From: Candidatus Saccharimonadota bacterium
Lineage (GTDB): Archaea > Micrarchaeota > Micrarchaeia > Micrarchaeales > Micrarchaeaceae
Reading direction: 5' to 3'
Assembly: GCA_963698035.1 (NCBI GenBank)
Contig: OY969114.1
Span: 1-32,000, forward strand
Length of the DNA stretch: 32,000 bases
Shown here: positions 23,322-32,000 of the stretch, in pieces
Layout: each line of letters opens with the position of its first letter
How positions within the stretch are numbered: position 1 is the first letter of the stretch
Notes under the pieces: generated by a model
The model's input: only the letters and a program-made list of their open reading frames with translations
Database searches by the model: none
Told to the model about the DNA's origin: nothing
Program-made: the position numbers and the translations under genes

Positions 23322-24365
23322 ATGCACTATTATGCGAGAATAGGGACAAAGGGCGCGGAGCAGATGCGGTCTGCGCTTGCCAAGAAGGGTCTCCTCGACA
23401 AGAATTGGACCGTTTTGCATAGCGACAGCTATGTCTTATTTTCATTAAATGATACTACTGCAAAGGTTAAAAAGCTTATCAATGGGATGGGCGGAAGCGT
23501 TGTCCATGCGCCCAGGGGGAAAACAGCCAAAAAGCTGGCGAAAATCGGGAGGTTATCCGACATGCTATCCAAAAGGGAGATGCAATTCGTCGCAAGGGGA
23601 TACGACATAATGGGCAACATAGCGATAGTGGATATCTCAGGCATATCGGCGGAAAAGGAGCAAAAAATCGCGGGCGCGATCATGGTGGAGCATCCGAGCG
23701 TCAAGACTGTGCTCGCGAAAGCAGGGGCAGTCCATGGCAAGTACCGCACGAGGAAGCTGCGCTACATCGCAGGGAAGCGCCGCTACCTTGCAGATTACAG
23801 GGAAAATGGATGCCGCTTCGTTTTCGACGTCAGGAAGACCTTCTTCTCGAACAGGCTCTCCTTCGAGAGGGCGAGGATAGCTGCAATGTCAAGGAAGAAG
23901 GAGAGGGTAGTTGTCATGTTCGCAGGCGCAGGCCCATTCGCGATAGAAATCGCAAAGAAAAATCCGAAGGCACAGGTTGTCGCGATAGAGCTGAACAAGG
24001 ACGCCTACATCTACATGTGCGAGAACATAATGATAAACAGGGTGACCAATGTAACCGCGGTTCTGGGCGATGTAAGGAATGTCTCGCCCAGGTATCGCAA
24101 CTTTGCAGACCGTGTGGTGATGCCGCTTCCGGAGAGCAGCGCTGAATTTATCGACAGCGCGCTCCTCGTCTCGAATAAGAGGAGCACTATGCACCTCTAC
24201 ATGTTCGGCAAAATAGAAACGGCATGCGCAGACGCGTTGCGCATCCTGAGGGAGAAGGCGCGCGCGGAGGGCTACTCTGTGAGACTCATGGGATGCAGAA
24301 CCGTCAGGAACTACAGCCCGAAGGAGATAGAAATATGCGTTGACGCGAAACTGTCTCGTATTTGA
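23322..24365 (+). CDS. trm5: tRNA (guanine37-N1)-methyltransferase Trm5 (Met-10+ family)
   Basis: Contains GNIAIVD, FDVRKTFFSNRLSFERARI, VVMFAGAGPFAIE, AIELNKDA and ADRVVMPLP. The start may be the downstream Met at 23364. Confidence 0.85.
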   Translation: MHYYARIGTKGAEQMRSALAKKGLLDKNWTVLHSDSYVLFSLNDTTAKVKKLINGMGGSVVHAPRGKTAKKLAKIGRLSDMLSKREMQFVARGYDIMGNIAIVDISGISAEKEQKIAGAIMVEHPSVKTVLAKAGAVHGKYRTRKLRYIAGKRRYLADYRENGCRFVFDVRKTFFSNRLSFERARIAAMSRKKERVVVMFAGAGPFAIEIAKKNPKAQVVAIELNKDAYIYMCENIMINRVTNVTAVLGDVRNVSPRYRNFADRVVMPLPESSAEFIDSALLVSNKRSTMHLYMFGKIETACADALRILREKARAEGYSVRLMGCRTVRNYSPKEIEICVDAKLSRI

Positions 24366-24416
24366 CCGTCCCGATATGCTTTATAAAGTTTTTCATCTGA
24401 TATGAATTGAGGCGAA

Positions 24417-25127
24417 ATGGCGACAGCGGAGACGACCACCGCGGTAGTTTACCGTGAGCTGGACCTGCAGGAATTCGTACAGAACGCTACATGGAGGGAG
24501 CTTCTGGTGGAGCTCGTCTCATCGAACAGGCTCGACCCCTGGGACATCGACATAGAGAAAGTGGTGGACGGATACCTCGGCGCGATCAGGAAGATGAAGG
24601 TTCTGGACCTCAGGGTGCCCGCGAACATGGTGCTCGCCGCATCGATACTTCTCAGGATGAAGAGCGACTCTCTGCCTATATTCGCTATTCAGGAAGAGGC
24701 TCCCATGGGGGAGCAGCTGCTCGCAGGGCCTAGAGTGAGGCCAGAGGTGGAGCAGCTGGTGCCTAGAGGAAGAATGCAGCCGAGTAGGAAGGTGACCTTG
24801 AGCGAGCTGCTGTCGGCTCTGGACCAGGCGATGAAGATCGAGGTCAAGAGGCAGGTCGACCATGAGAGGATGACCGCACCGATAAGCATTGTGATAGAGA
24901 AGGAGGACATAGAGGAAAAGATGGACAAGCTTTTCGTGAGGATAAAGAAAGCCCTCGACCGCGAGAGGATGACGACCTTCGCGCAGGTGACTGGGGCATT
25001 CGGAGAATTTCAGAACCTGCTCCTAGACCTCTTCGTGCCGATGCTCTTCCTGGCGCACATGGGTAAGATCGCGGTATTGCAGGACACCTTCTTCGGCGAC
25101 ATACTGATAAAGGTTACGGGTGACTGA
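24417..25127 (+). CDS. scpA: Segregation and condensation protein A (kleisin)
   Basis: LDPWDIDIEKVVDGYLGAIRKM is typical of the ScpA N-terminus. The gene overlaps scpB by 8 nt. Confidence 0.8.
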   Translation: MATAETTTAVVYRELDLQEFVQNATWRELLVELVSSNRLDPWDIDIEKVVDGYLGAIRKMKVLDLRVPANMVLAASILLRMKSDSLPIFAIQEEAPMGEQLLAGPRVRPEVEQLVPRGRMQPSRKVTLSELLSALDQAMKIEVKRQVDHERMTAPISIVIEKEDIEEKMDKLFVRIKKALDRERMTTFAQVTGAFGEFQNLLLDLFVPMLFLAHMGKIAVLQDTFFGDILIKVTGD

Positions 25128-25611
25128 CTTGGCTGACGTCCAGAGCGACCAGGTGAGGGAGCAGATGAACACCGTAGAGGCCGCCCTCTTCGTTTCGGGC
25201 AAGGCGCTGAGCGCGCAGGAGCTCTCCCAGGCGATAGGCATCGCTTCCATAGGGCATGTAAAGAGGCTGGCCGACCAGCTCACGGAGGAATATTCCAAGA
25301 GGGGAGGCTCGCTATGCGTACTAAAGATAGGAGACAAATACATAATGAGCATAAAGGACAGCTACGCGGGCAGGGTCAGCAGCGTGGCGGGGAAGCCCGA
25401 GCTCACAAAGGGGTCGCTGCGCGTCCTCGCCTACATAAGCAAGAATGAACCCCTCATGCAGAGCAGCCTGGTCAGGGCGTTCGGCAGCTCCGTATATGAC
25501 CATGTCAAGGAGCTTGTCGGGGGCGATTTCGTAAGGGCGACCAAGGAGGGGAGGAGCAAGAGGCTGGAGACAACGCAGAAGTTCAGGGAGTACTTCAATC
25601 TGTCTGGCTAG
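25120..25611 (+). CDS. scpB: Segregation and condensation protein B
   Basis: GTG start. Contains EAALFVSGKALSAQELSQAIG and LRVLAYISKNEPLMQSSL (tandem wH ScpB pattern). Confidence 0.85.
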   Translation: MTDLADVQSDQVREQMNTVEAALFVSGKALSAQELSQAIGIASIGHVKRLADQLTEEYSKRGGSLCVLKIGDKYIMSIKDSYAGRVSSVAGKPELTKGSLRVLAYISKNEPLMQSSLVRAFGSSVYDHVKELVGGDFVRATKEGRSKRLETTQKFREYFNLSG

Positions 25612-26176
25612 GCGCATCTGTATCCTCGGCGTTGCTTCCCGTTTTCTCCACCCTTACACGCTTTATGTTTCCGGCCATGCCTTTGCTTTTAAGGTCCGTG
25701 AGCACCTGCGTTGCTTTCGGGTCTCCAGATCTGAGCAGCCATTCGATGATCCTAGGCGTTGAGAGTATTTCGAAGGGCTTCGCATCCACTCCGGCAGCAG
25801 AGAGAATCCCAGGCAACGGCACAGGAGGCTTTGGTTTGAGTTTGAGCCAATCATCAACAGTCACCTTTCGTCCATCAAGACCAACGACGATGCCGCCGTA
25901 AGGGGTTCTCGCAACATTCGCGCCTGCTCGGCGTAGTATCTCCAAGTTTGCTTTATCTGAGAGGAAGTCCTCCGCCCTCTTGTGCGCCGCTTCGACTTTC
26001 TCAAGGGCTAGGTTGATTGCCTCTCTGGCATCGATGCAGGCATTGATTTGTTCCAGGAAAGGTCTGACTAGGGCCCTGCAGGACCTATATGTGCTGTCTG
26101 ATTCTCTTAGCCTTATAGCATCCCAATAAGCGTCCATCTCGCGCACTTTGCTCTCCGGGGTCTTCCTGTGTCTCAT
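25595..26176 (-). CDS. Hypothetical protein (193 aa)
   Basis: ORF whose 3' end overlaps scpB by 17 nt (convergent). An AT-rich promoter region lies at 26190-26220. Confidence 0.45.
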   Translation of the reverse strand: MRHRKTPESKVREMDAYWDAIRLRESDSTYRSCRALVRPFLEQINACIDAREAINLALEKVEAAHKRAEDFLSDKANLEILRRAGANVARTPYGGIVVGLDGRKVTVDDWLKLKPKPPVPLPGILSAAGVDAKPFEILSTPRIIEWLLRSGDPKATQVLTDLKSKGMAGNIKRVRVEKTGSNAEDTDAPSQTD

Positions 26177-26246
26177 GCTACCGCTCTGTCCTGCAATTCA
26201 AGATATTTCAAGATATATATTGTTTGCTATCGGTTTGATTGATCCC

Positions 26247-26783
26247 TTAGTAGCTGGGATTTGACTCCTCTATGCCCTCTTTTCTGTTCATATAAAGAGC
26301 GCAGGCGAAGAGCAGCGAGGAGCACCTGTTCAGGAATGCAAGGAGCTGTGGGTTGAGCTGCTGGCTCTTTGAGAGGGAGACTGCGGAGCGTTCCGCCCTC
26401 CTCGCTACCGACCTTGCAAGATGGAGGTATGCGGCGGATACAGATCCTCCTGGCAGGACGAATTTCTTAAGCTCGGGAAGAGAAACGCTAATTCCCTCCA
26501 ATTCCTCTTCAACCCATCTCACATCGCCGGTCGTTATCCTCCTTGCAGATTTGTTGCTGGTGTTCGAAGCCGCATCCGCCCCGGCTGCGAAGAGCTTATT
26601 CTGAAGTTTCTTCAATATCATCGTTACGTGGTTGTCGGTCATCTCGGTTATCGCTACGCCTATGAAGCTGTTAAGCTCGTCTATGTCACCAAGCAGCTTT
26701 GCCAGAGGGCTCTCCTTTCCGACCCTCCCAAAGCCTACCGTATCGGTTTCGCCAGAATCCCCTTTCCCTGTAAAGAATCGCAT
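26247..26783 (-). CDS. ATP:cob(I)alamin adenosyltransferase, PduO type
   Basis: N-terminal FTGKGDSGETD and the helical-bundle motif RSVARRAER. Confidence 0.85.
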   Translation of the reverse strand: MRFFTGKGDSGETDTVGFGRVGKESPLAKLLGDIDELNSFIGVAITEMTDNHVTMILKKLQNKLFAAGADAASNTSNKSARRITTGDVRWVEEELEGISVSLPELKKFVLPGGSVSAAYLHLARSVARRAERSAVSLSKSQQLNPQLLAFLNRCSSLLFACALYMNRKEGIEESNPSY

Positions 26784-26839
26784 ACGATTATATATTATAA
26801 GAAAGAAGCTATTTTAAGCTGTTGGAGGAGAAATCCTAG

Positions 26840-26914
26840 GGGCTCGTGGTCGAATGGTAAGACGCCACCTTCACAAGGTGGAGATCAGGAGTTCGATTCT
26901 CCTCGGGCCCACCA
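26840..26914 (+). tRNA. tRNA-Val (anticodon CAC) with encoded CCA
   Basis: Hand-folded: GGGCTCG TG GTCG-AATGGTA-AGAC G CCACC TTCACAA GGTGG AGATC AGGAG TTCGATT CTCCT CGGGCCC A CCA. Confidence 0.9.
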
Positions 26915-26950
26915 TAAGATGAAAGTCCCACTCACAAGGGGATTAGCATA

Positions 26951-27154
26951 ATGACAATACCGCAACGATGGATTTCGAGCAGGGAGTTTGCCTTCAAAGA
27001 GTTAGACAAGGCGTTCTCCACACCAAAGGGCTTCACCACAGCCGAGCTGCTTCGCATGGGCCTCATAGAGCAGAGGAAGAATCCCGATACCGAGGAAATT
27101 GAATACAAGGTCACAGACTTAGGGTTTGAGAGCATGAAGCTTAAAAGAGCCTGA
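26951..27154 (+). CDS. Hypothetical small protein (67 aa)
   Basis: ORF in a lower-GC stretch directly 3' of tRNA-Val(CAC). Confidence 0.35.
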   Translation: MTIPQRWISSREFAFKELDKAFSTPKGFTTAELLRMGLIEQRKNPDTEEIEYKVTDLGFESMKLKRA

Positions 27155-27540
27155 GATGAAGAACAGAGAGAAAAGATAATGATATTGAAAGTGTTTTAAT
27201 GCCTAGACAAAAAAAGAAAGATATCGAAGAAATAGTCTTAGTCGCGAAGTTGAAACCCAAGGATGCCGCGCTTATAAGGAGGGGGGGCAAATCAACAATA
27301 TAGGGTGCAACTTAGGGTAGGGGAGGAAGCGAATATTTTAAAGATTATATTGCGAAAAAAGGAGCCCGAAAAAACTCCTGAAGCTTTGACTTATATTGCA
27401 TGAGGCAGGTATGACATCCTCCCGCCTCCAAAGAGGAATGTTTATTGCTAATTTGCCTGCTTCAGCAAACCGAAATGAAAACCGAAAGACCTACGACTCC
27501 TTTTTATAGATTCCCGAAAGATAATAACGTGATTGATACT

Positions 27541-28698
27541 ATGGGAAAAATGGGGGATACGAAGAATAGGATACTTGAGTTGCTTAAGCAGAAGAGGCAG
27601 ACCCTAACCGACATAAGCAACCAGCTGGACCTTGCTCCATCTACGGTCAGCCAGCACCTGCAGGAGATGTCGGAGGCGGGGCTTATAAGACAGCTCAACG
27701 ACAGACCCACAAAGTGGAAGTACTATGAGATAAACAACGGTGGCTACAATGTTGCAGTTGTAAGGAACGTACCTGGCTTTAGGAGAGTGATGCTGCCGAT
27801 CTCAATCATAATAATAGGGCTTATCGCAGCGTTTTCGATACTTTATGCGCTTTCAGGAGGCTCTTCAGCCGCATTTGCACAGCAGGTAATGCTTGCACCT
27901 GGCACTGCGGTGCCCTCTGGCGTTACCGTCTTTGCGATATCTGATGCCCCAACAGCTTATAATATAAGCGCACTCTACGTCACCATAGCCAATGCAAGCA
28001 TTCGTAGCTCTGCAGGCAAGTGGTACAGCATACCATTGCAGATGAGCACGTTCAACCTCGTGGCTCTCGACAATGTCTCTGCGATACTCTCCGGGGTCAA
28101 CTTGGGAAGCGGCAACTATACCGCGATAAAGCTCGGCATATCCAACGTGAGCGCGGTCCTCAATGGCACAGCCACCAACGTCTTCCTGCCCAGCAAGACG
28201 CTTCTTCTTGTGGGCAAGATCAACATATCTTCAAACACAACGAACTGGGTTAACCTCGATTTTGACCTGGGGCACTCGCTCTTCATAACCAGGAACGGCA
28301 GTATAGTGATGCTGCCTGTGATAGTGCTGAGAAACTCGAACGGGAGCGGCCTGAGGTCTAACCAGAACGGCGTACTGATACCGAATGGCCCACCGTGGAA
28401 CATAAAGGGATCCGCAGGGTTTGGGATGAACTATACCGGCAAGATGGTAAGCAACTTCACCCCGCCGCAGAACCTCTCAATAGAATCCGGTCCTGGAGGC
28501 AAGCTCGTCAGGGCCGGTGGTGGGATGCCGCCCCCGAGTATAATTCGGAACAGCAACGGCATATGGATAAACCAGAATGGCACTTGGCAGACTACAAACC
28601 AAAACGAGACGCAGAATTACACTGGCAGTCGTCCGCCTCAGGGTGGCTTCTTCTCGTTCTTCGGGGGCTTCTTTGGAAGGACGACGGTGGGAAGATAG
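27541..28698 (+). CDS. Membrane-anchored ArsR-type wHTH protein with a large extracytoplasmic DUF4382-like domain
   Basis: HTH is NRILELLKQKRQTLTDISNQLDLAPSTVSQHLQEMSEAGLI, followed by one TM segment (VMLPISIIIIGLIAAFSILYAL) and a beta-rich region with many N-x-S/T sequons. ATG 27541 is preferred over the TTG at 27445. Confidence 0.6.
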   Translation: MGKMGDTKNRILELLKQKRQTLTDISNQLDLAPSTVSQHLQEMSEAGLIRQLNDRPTKWKYYEINNGGYNVAVVRNVPGFRRVMLPISIIIIGLIAAFSILYALSGGSSAAFAQQVMLAPGTAVPSGVTVFAISDAPTAYNISALYVTIANASIRSSAGKWYSIPLQMSTFNLVALDNVSAILSGVNLGSGNYTAIKLGISNVSAVLNGTATNVFLPSKTLLLVGKINISSNTTNWVNLDFDLGHSLFITRNGSIVMLPVIVLRNSNGSGLRSNQNGVLIPNGPPWNIKGSAGFGMNYTGKMVSNFTPPQNLSIESGPGGKLVRAGGGMPPPSIIRNSNGIWINQNGTWQTTNQNETQNYTGSRPPQGGFFSFFGGFFGRTTVGR

Positions 28699-28747
28699 GC
28701 GAACGCAATTATTAAATATCATCAAAAAGAAGCATCTGGGGATAATT

Positions 28748-29287
28748 ATGGGAGCTGTAGCAACCAGGGTCCATGCTTCTGCCACGGATGATTTCCGCCT
28801 AGAGAGCATATTCGACCATGAGAGCAAGACGTACCAGATATCTGGCGAACTGTTTAAGGGAGGCAGCCTGGAAAAGGGCAAGGAGGAGCTCGAATTCAGA
28901 AAGGCGCTAGCCCCCTTGCTGAAGAAATTATTGGAGAGGGCGGAGAAGGCGAGGGTCTTCGATGAGATTTTGGGGTACTTTTTAGGCCCTGGAGGCGAGG
29001 TGGGGAATAGGCCTAACGTTCTTACGCGCATGTACGACGCCGAGCCTAGTGAGCTTGAGGGTCTTTATAGGGGCACCATAATATTACAAACCAGGCTGAT
29101 GTCCTCCGATTTCGATTCGCAATCAATTCGGATGATGGAAGAGGAAAGTCCGCCACATGAAGACAACATCCTGCTTGACGCGATGAAAGACACACTCAGC
29201 AGCTTTATTAGTGTAAATAACAGGAAGATCAGCAACCTCCAATCAGAATTGCACAGGCGCAGCCCGAGGGTTCTGGCGCCGAGGTAG
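28748..29287 (+). CDS. Hypothetical protein (179 aa)
   Basis: First ATG after the upstream stop. The tracked ORF start at 28577 overlaps the preceding gene. Confidence 0.4.
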   Translation: MGAVATRVHASATDDFRLESIFDHESKTYQISGELFKGGSLEKGKEELEFRKALAPLLKKLLERAEKARVFDEILGYFLGPGGEVGNRPNVLTRMYDAEPSELEGLYRGTIILQTRLMSSDFDSQSIRMMEEESPPHEDNILLDAMKDTLSSFISVNNRKISNLQSELHRRSPRVLAPR

Positions 29288-29419
29288 AGCGACCCGCAAT
29301 AGACCATATGCAACGCGTGCCTGTGCGTTTGTCAGCTTTTTCTTGATATATCAGCTAATATACACGCAAATAGTAAGATATTTATATCTTTAGCCCCATA
29401 ATATAAGGTTGGGGTATTC

Positions 29420-29836
29420 GTGGAGAAGATAGAGATACGAGCGATAGAGAAGCCCGACGAGAAAGACCCGGTTAAGATAATCAGGTGGTTCTGCGCCGCT
29501 TTCGGGCTCTCCGGCAACAATGAGGACAGTATAGAGGAGCAGATATTCAGGGATTTCGCCTTCTCGGCCCAGAAGGGCGAAGGACTCTCGAGCTCCGAGC
29601 TGAAGTTCGACAGGACGGTGGCAAGAAGCACAGTCATATACCACCTGAACAGGTTCATAGAGGTCGGCCTGATAGTGAAGAAGGGCAGGAGGTACTACCT
29701 GAGGGCCGCGGATATGAGCAAAGTGATAGAGGAGATAGAGTATGACATAGAGAGGGAAATGCAGAGGATGCTCGATACAGCAAGGGAGTTTGACAGGATA
29801 GTAGAGGAGCAGGGGAGCAGAAAAAGGAAGAGTTGA
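29420..29836 (+). CDS. Winged-helix transcriptional regulator directly upstream of grpE
   Basis: GTG start. wHTH-like LSSSELKFDRTVARSTVIYHLNRFIEVGLIVKKGRRYYL. The stop lies 4 nt before the grpE ATG. Confidence 0.55.
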   Translation: MEKIEIRAIEKPDEKDPVKIIRWFCAAFGLSGNNEDSIEEQIFRDFAFSAQKGEGLSSSELKFDRTVARSTVIYHLNRFIEVGLIVKKGRRYYLRAADMSKVIEEIEYDIEREMQRMLDTAREFDRIVEEQGSRKRKS

Positions 29837-29840
29837 TATT

Positions 29841-30341
29841 ATGGCAGAGGAGAAGAATGAAACAGGCAAGGAGGAAGCACTTCCAGAGGCCGGAGAGAAG
29901 CCTAAGGACGAGCAGGCGGAGATGAAGGAGCGGATGCTCAGGCTCGCGGCCGAGTTCGACAACTATAAGAAGAGATCGAAGGCAGAGATGGAGAAGGCCA
30001 AGGACGCAGGTAAGGCGGAGATGCTGTTGAGTGTACTCCCTGTCCTGGACGAATTCGAGCTCGCGCTAATCTCGCTCGGCACGATGCAGGATAAGAGCGT
30101 CGCAAGGGGCATAGAGATGGTATACGCGAACCTCCTGGATGCGCTGGAGCGCGAGGGGCTAATCGAGCTAGACACGGACGGGATATACGATCCGTACAAG
30201 CACGAGATAGTCGTATCGAGGGCGGACAGCAAGAAGAAGCCAGGCACGATACTCGAGGTCGTCAAGAAGGGATACACTTTCAACGGAATAATGCTCAGGC
30301 CAGCATCAGTCATAATATCAAAAGAGGAGGATAGGAAATGA
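29841..30341 (+). CDS. grpE: Nucleotide exchange factor GrpE
   Basis: Contains RLAAEFDNYKKR, VLPVLDEFELA and KKGYTFNGIMLRPASV. Confidence 0.9.
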   Translation: MAEEKNETGKEEALPEAGEKPKDEQAEMKERMLRLAAEFDNYKKRSKAEMEKAKDAGKAEMLLSVLPVLDEFELALISLGTMQDKSVARGIEMVYANLLDALEREGLIELDTDGIYDPYKHEIVVSRADSKKKPGTILEVVKKGYTFNGIMLRPASVIISKEEDRK

Positions 30342-30583
30342 AGCATCACAAGATGAAGCCCCACCATTACTTATACCACATATGGACTTCCGCGAAGACG
30401 GGCTACGATGAGTTTGCTTGGATATTCTTCATAGTCACGATAGGGACCATTATAGGCACGTCACTTAAGATAACTGGTGGGATTCTGACGATACTCCTCG
30501 CATTTGTATTATTCTACATCGCTGGAAGATTCCATACCAGATTTGAAAAGAAATTTAATAAAATAAGTAAGCAACAAAAATGA
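30338..30583 (+). CDS. Small membrane protein (81 aa) inserted between grpE and dnaK
   Basis: ATGA overlap with the grpE stop. Two hydrophobic segments (FAWIFFIVTIGTIIG and ILTILLAFVLFYIAG). Confidence 0.45.
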   Translation: MKHHKMKPHHYLYHIWTSAKTGYDEFAWIFFIVTIGTIIGTSLKITGGILTILLAFVLFYIAGRFHTRFEKKFNKISKQQK

Positions 30584-30598
30584 TATTTAGGTGAAAAC

Positions 30599-32000
30599 AT
30601 GAAAACGATAGGAATAGACCTTGGAACTTCAAACTCCGCGGCAGCGGTGCTTGAGGGCGGAAGCCCCGTCATAATACCGAGCAGCGAGGGCACCTCGCTG
30701 TACGGGAAGGCGTTCCCGAGCTACGTTGCATTCACAAAGGACGGGCAGAGGCTCATCGGCGAGACTGCGAGGAGGCAGGCTGTGGCGAACCCCGAGGGGA
30801 CAGTGACAGCATTCAAGAGGAAGATGGGGACCGAGTACAGATACAAGATATTCGGCAAGGAGTACACGCCACAGGAGCTCTCGGCGATACTGCTGCAGAA
30901 GATAAAGAAGGACGCAGAGGCGTTCCTTGGGGAGGCGATAACAAAGGCGGTCATAACGGTGCCCGCCTACTTCAACGACAACCAGAGGCAGGCTACCAAG
31001 GACGCAGGCCAGATAGCGGGGCTGGAGGTAGTCAGGCTTGTCAACGAGCCCACGGCAGCGGCGCTTGCATACGGGCTCGACAAGGCCGATAGAGGAGATG
31101 AAGATAATGGTCTACGACTTTGGAGGCGGGACCCTAGACGTGACAATCATGGATTTCGGAAAGGGGGTCTTCGAGGTCATGTCGACGAGCGGGGACACGC
31201 AGCTGGGCGGGACCGACATGGACAACGTGATAGTGGACATGCTGCTCAAGGAGGTAAAGGAGAAGCACGGAGCAGACGTGTCAAAGGATCCACAGGCTAT
31301 GCAGAGGCTCAGGGAGGCAGGAGAGAGGGCGAAGATAGAGCTCTCCACGGTGCTCAACTCCGAGATAAACCTGCCCTTCCTTGCGAAGGACGCGAAGGGC
31401 AACCCTGTGAACTTCACCTACACATTCACCAGGGCGAAGCTCGAGGCGCTCGTCGTCCCGATAATAGAGAGATCGGCAAAGTCGGTCATGCAGGCGCTGA
31501 AGGACGCGAAGCTGGAGCCCACCGCACTCGACAAGGTGATACTCGTTGGGGGGCCGACAAGGATGCCGATAGTGCAAAGGTACGTTGAGCAGCTTCTCGG
31601 GAAGAAGATAGAGCGCGGAGTCGACCCGATGGAGGCGGTCGCGCTCGGCGCGGCGATACAGGCTGGTGTGCTCACTGGGGAGGTGAAGGACATAGTCCTG
31701 CTTGACGTCACACCTCTATCGCTCAGTATAGAGACACTTGGAGGCGTAGCGACCAAGATAATCGAGAGGAACACAACCATACCGATAAAGAAGACGCAGG
31801 TCTTCTCCACTGCCGATGATTCCCAGACTGCGGTAGACATAGACATGGTGCAGGGCGAGAGGGTGCTCGCTAAGGACAACGTCGAACTGGGCAAGTTCAC
31901 CCTTACAGGGATACCGCCTGCAAGGAGGGGGGTGCCGCAGATAGAGGTGACCTTCGACATAGACTCCAACGGGATACTGCACGTGACCGCGAAGGACAAG
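30599..32000 (+). CDS. dnaK: Chaperone DnaK (Hsp70), apparent +1 frameshift near 31085-31094; runs off the window end
   Basis: Frame of 30599 gives [14 protein letters not shown]...[20 protein letters not shown]...[15 protein letters not shown]. The +1 frame from ~31092 gives [19 protein letters not shown]...[10 protein letters not shown]...DVTPLSL...[15 protein letters not shown]. Confidence 0.9.

Noticed and set aside
27378-27395. TCCTGAAGCTTTG resembles the transposon target/direct-repeat sequence (TCCTGAAGCCTAGCTTTG), which hinted at a second target site or an empty site.
   Set aside because: Only a 9-nt exact match plus a short gapped match, with no adjacent terminal inverted repeat. 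This is consistent with chance.
31092-31588. The Arg/Gly/Asp-rich C-terminal tail of ORF 30599-31588, considered as a genuine novel domain fused to the DnaK ATPase N-lobe.
   Set aside because: The +1 frame over the same nucleotides encodes textbook Hsp70 sequence. The tail is out-of-frame translation.
22302-31999. Other shadow ORFs: 22302-22766, 22423-22983, 23008-23343, 23810-24145, 24491-24863, 25321-25617, 26421-26951, 28477-29031, 29390-29962, 29963-30367 and 31418-31999.
   Set aside because: They overlap rpl11, spt5, trm5, scpA/B, the PduO gene, grpE and dnaK on the wrong strand or frame, and show no recognisable motifs.

Overview
Archaeal DNA. Supporting markers are GGGP synthase, Spt5-uL11, Trm5, ScpAB, and TATA boxes about 25-35 nt upstream of start codons. 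Lineage cannot be fixed from sequence alone.

The window splits at a tRNA-Val(GAC) gene (15526-15597, minus strand).

Right of the tRNA (15.6-32 kb) is GC-rich housekeeping core, roughly 55-63% GC by hand counts on single lines. It holds rnz, a short NFACT protein, GGGPS, an SDR epimerase, a PRODH-like gene, uL11, spt5, trm5, scpA, scpB, a PduO-type adenosyltransferase, tRNA-Val(CAC), an ArsR-TM-DUF4382-like protein, a wHTH gene, grpE, a small membrane gene, and dnaK with an apparent +1 frameshift.

Left of the tRNA (1-15.5 kb) is a compositionally mosaic accessory island of small, mostly uncharacterised genes, with about 28-60% GC per line. Three observations stand out there.

1. The gene cassettes are separated by a recurring 80-100 nt junction module. 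It reads TAG-TTTTTCTTCAATTCTTT, then GGGACACC..ATTTCCAC, then a TATA box. The middle element, read on the other strand as GTGGAAAY-N3-GGGGGTG, resembles an archaeal ORB half-site plus G-string.
2. A ~1.8 kb four-gene block is present as a near-perfect inverted duplication (1-1799 / 1895-3693). The HAD hydrolase gene is decaying in one arm.
3. A 4275-bp IS4-type transposon (10306-14580) has 16-bp perfect terminal inverted repeats and a 9-bp target duplication. It has split one junction module. It carries a SWIM-DDE transposase, a methyltransferase-Mrr-like nuclease fusion, and a translationally coupled AbrB-wH-DUF488 plus Cys-rich unknown gene pair behind three TAGGCACCTA boxes.

A copy of the island-type promoter/module also drives a foreign-looking 446-aa gene inserted directly downstream of rpl11. 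All functional calls are by-eye motif recognition, and no searches were run.
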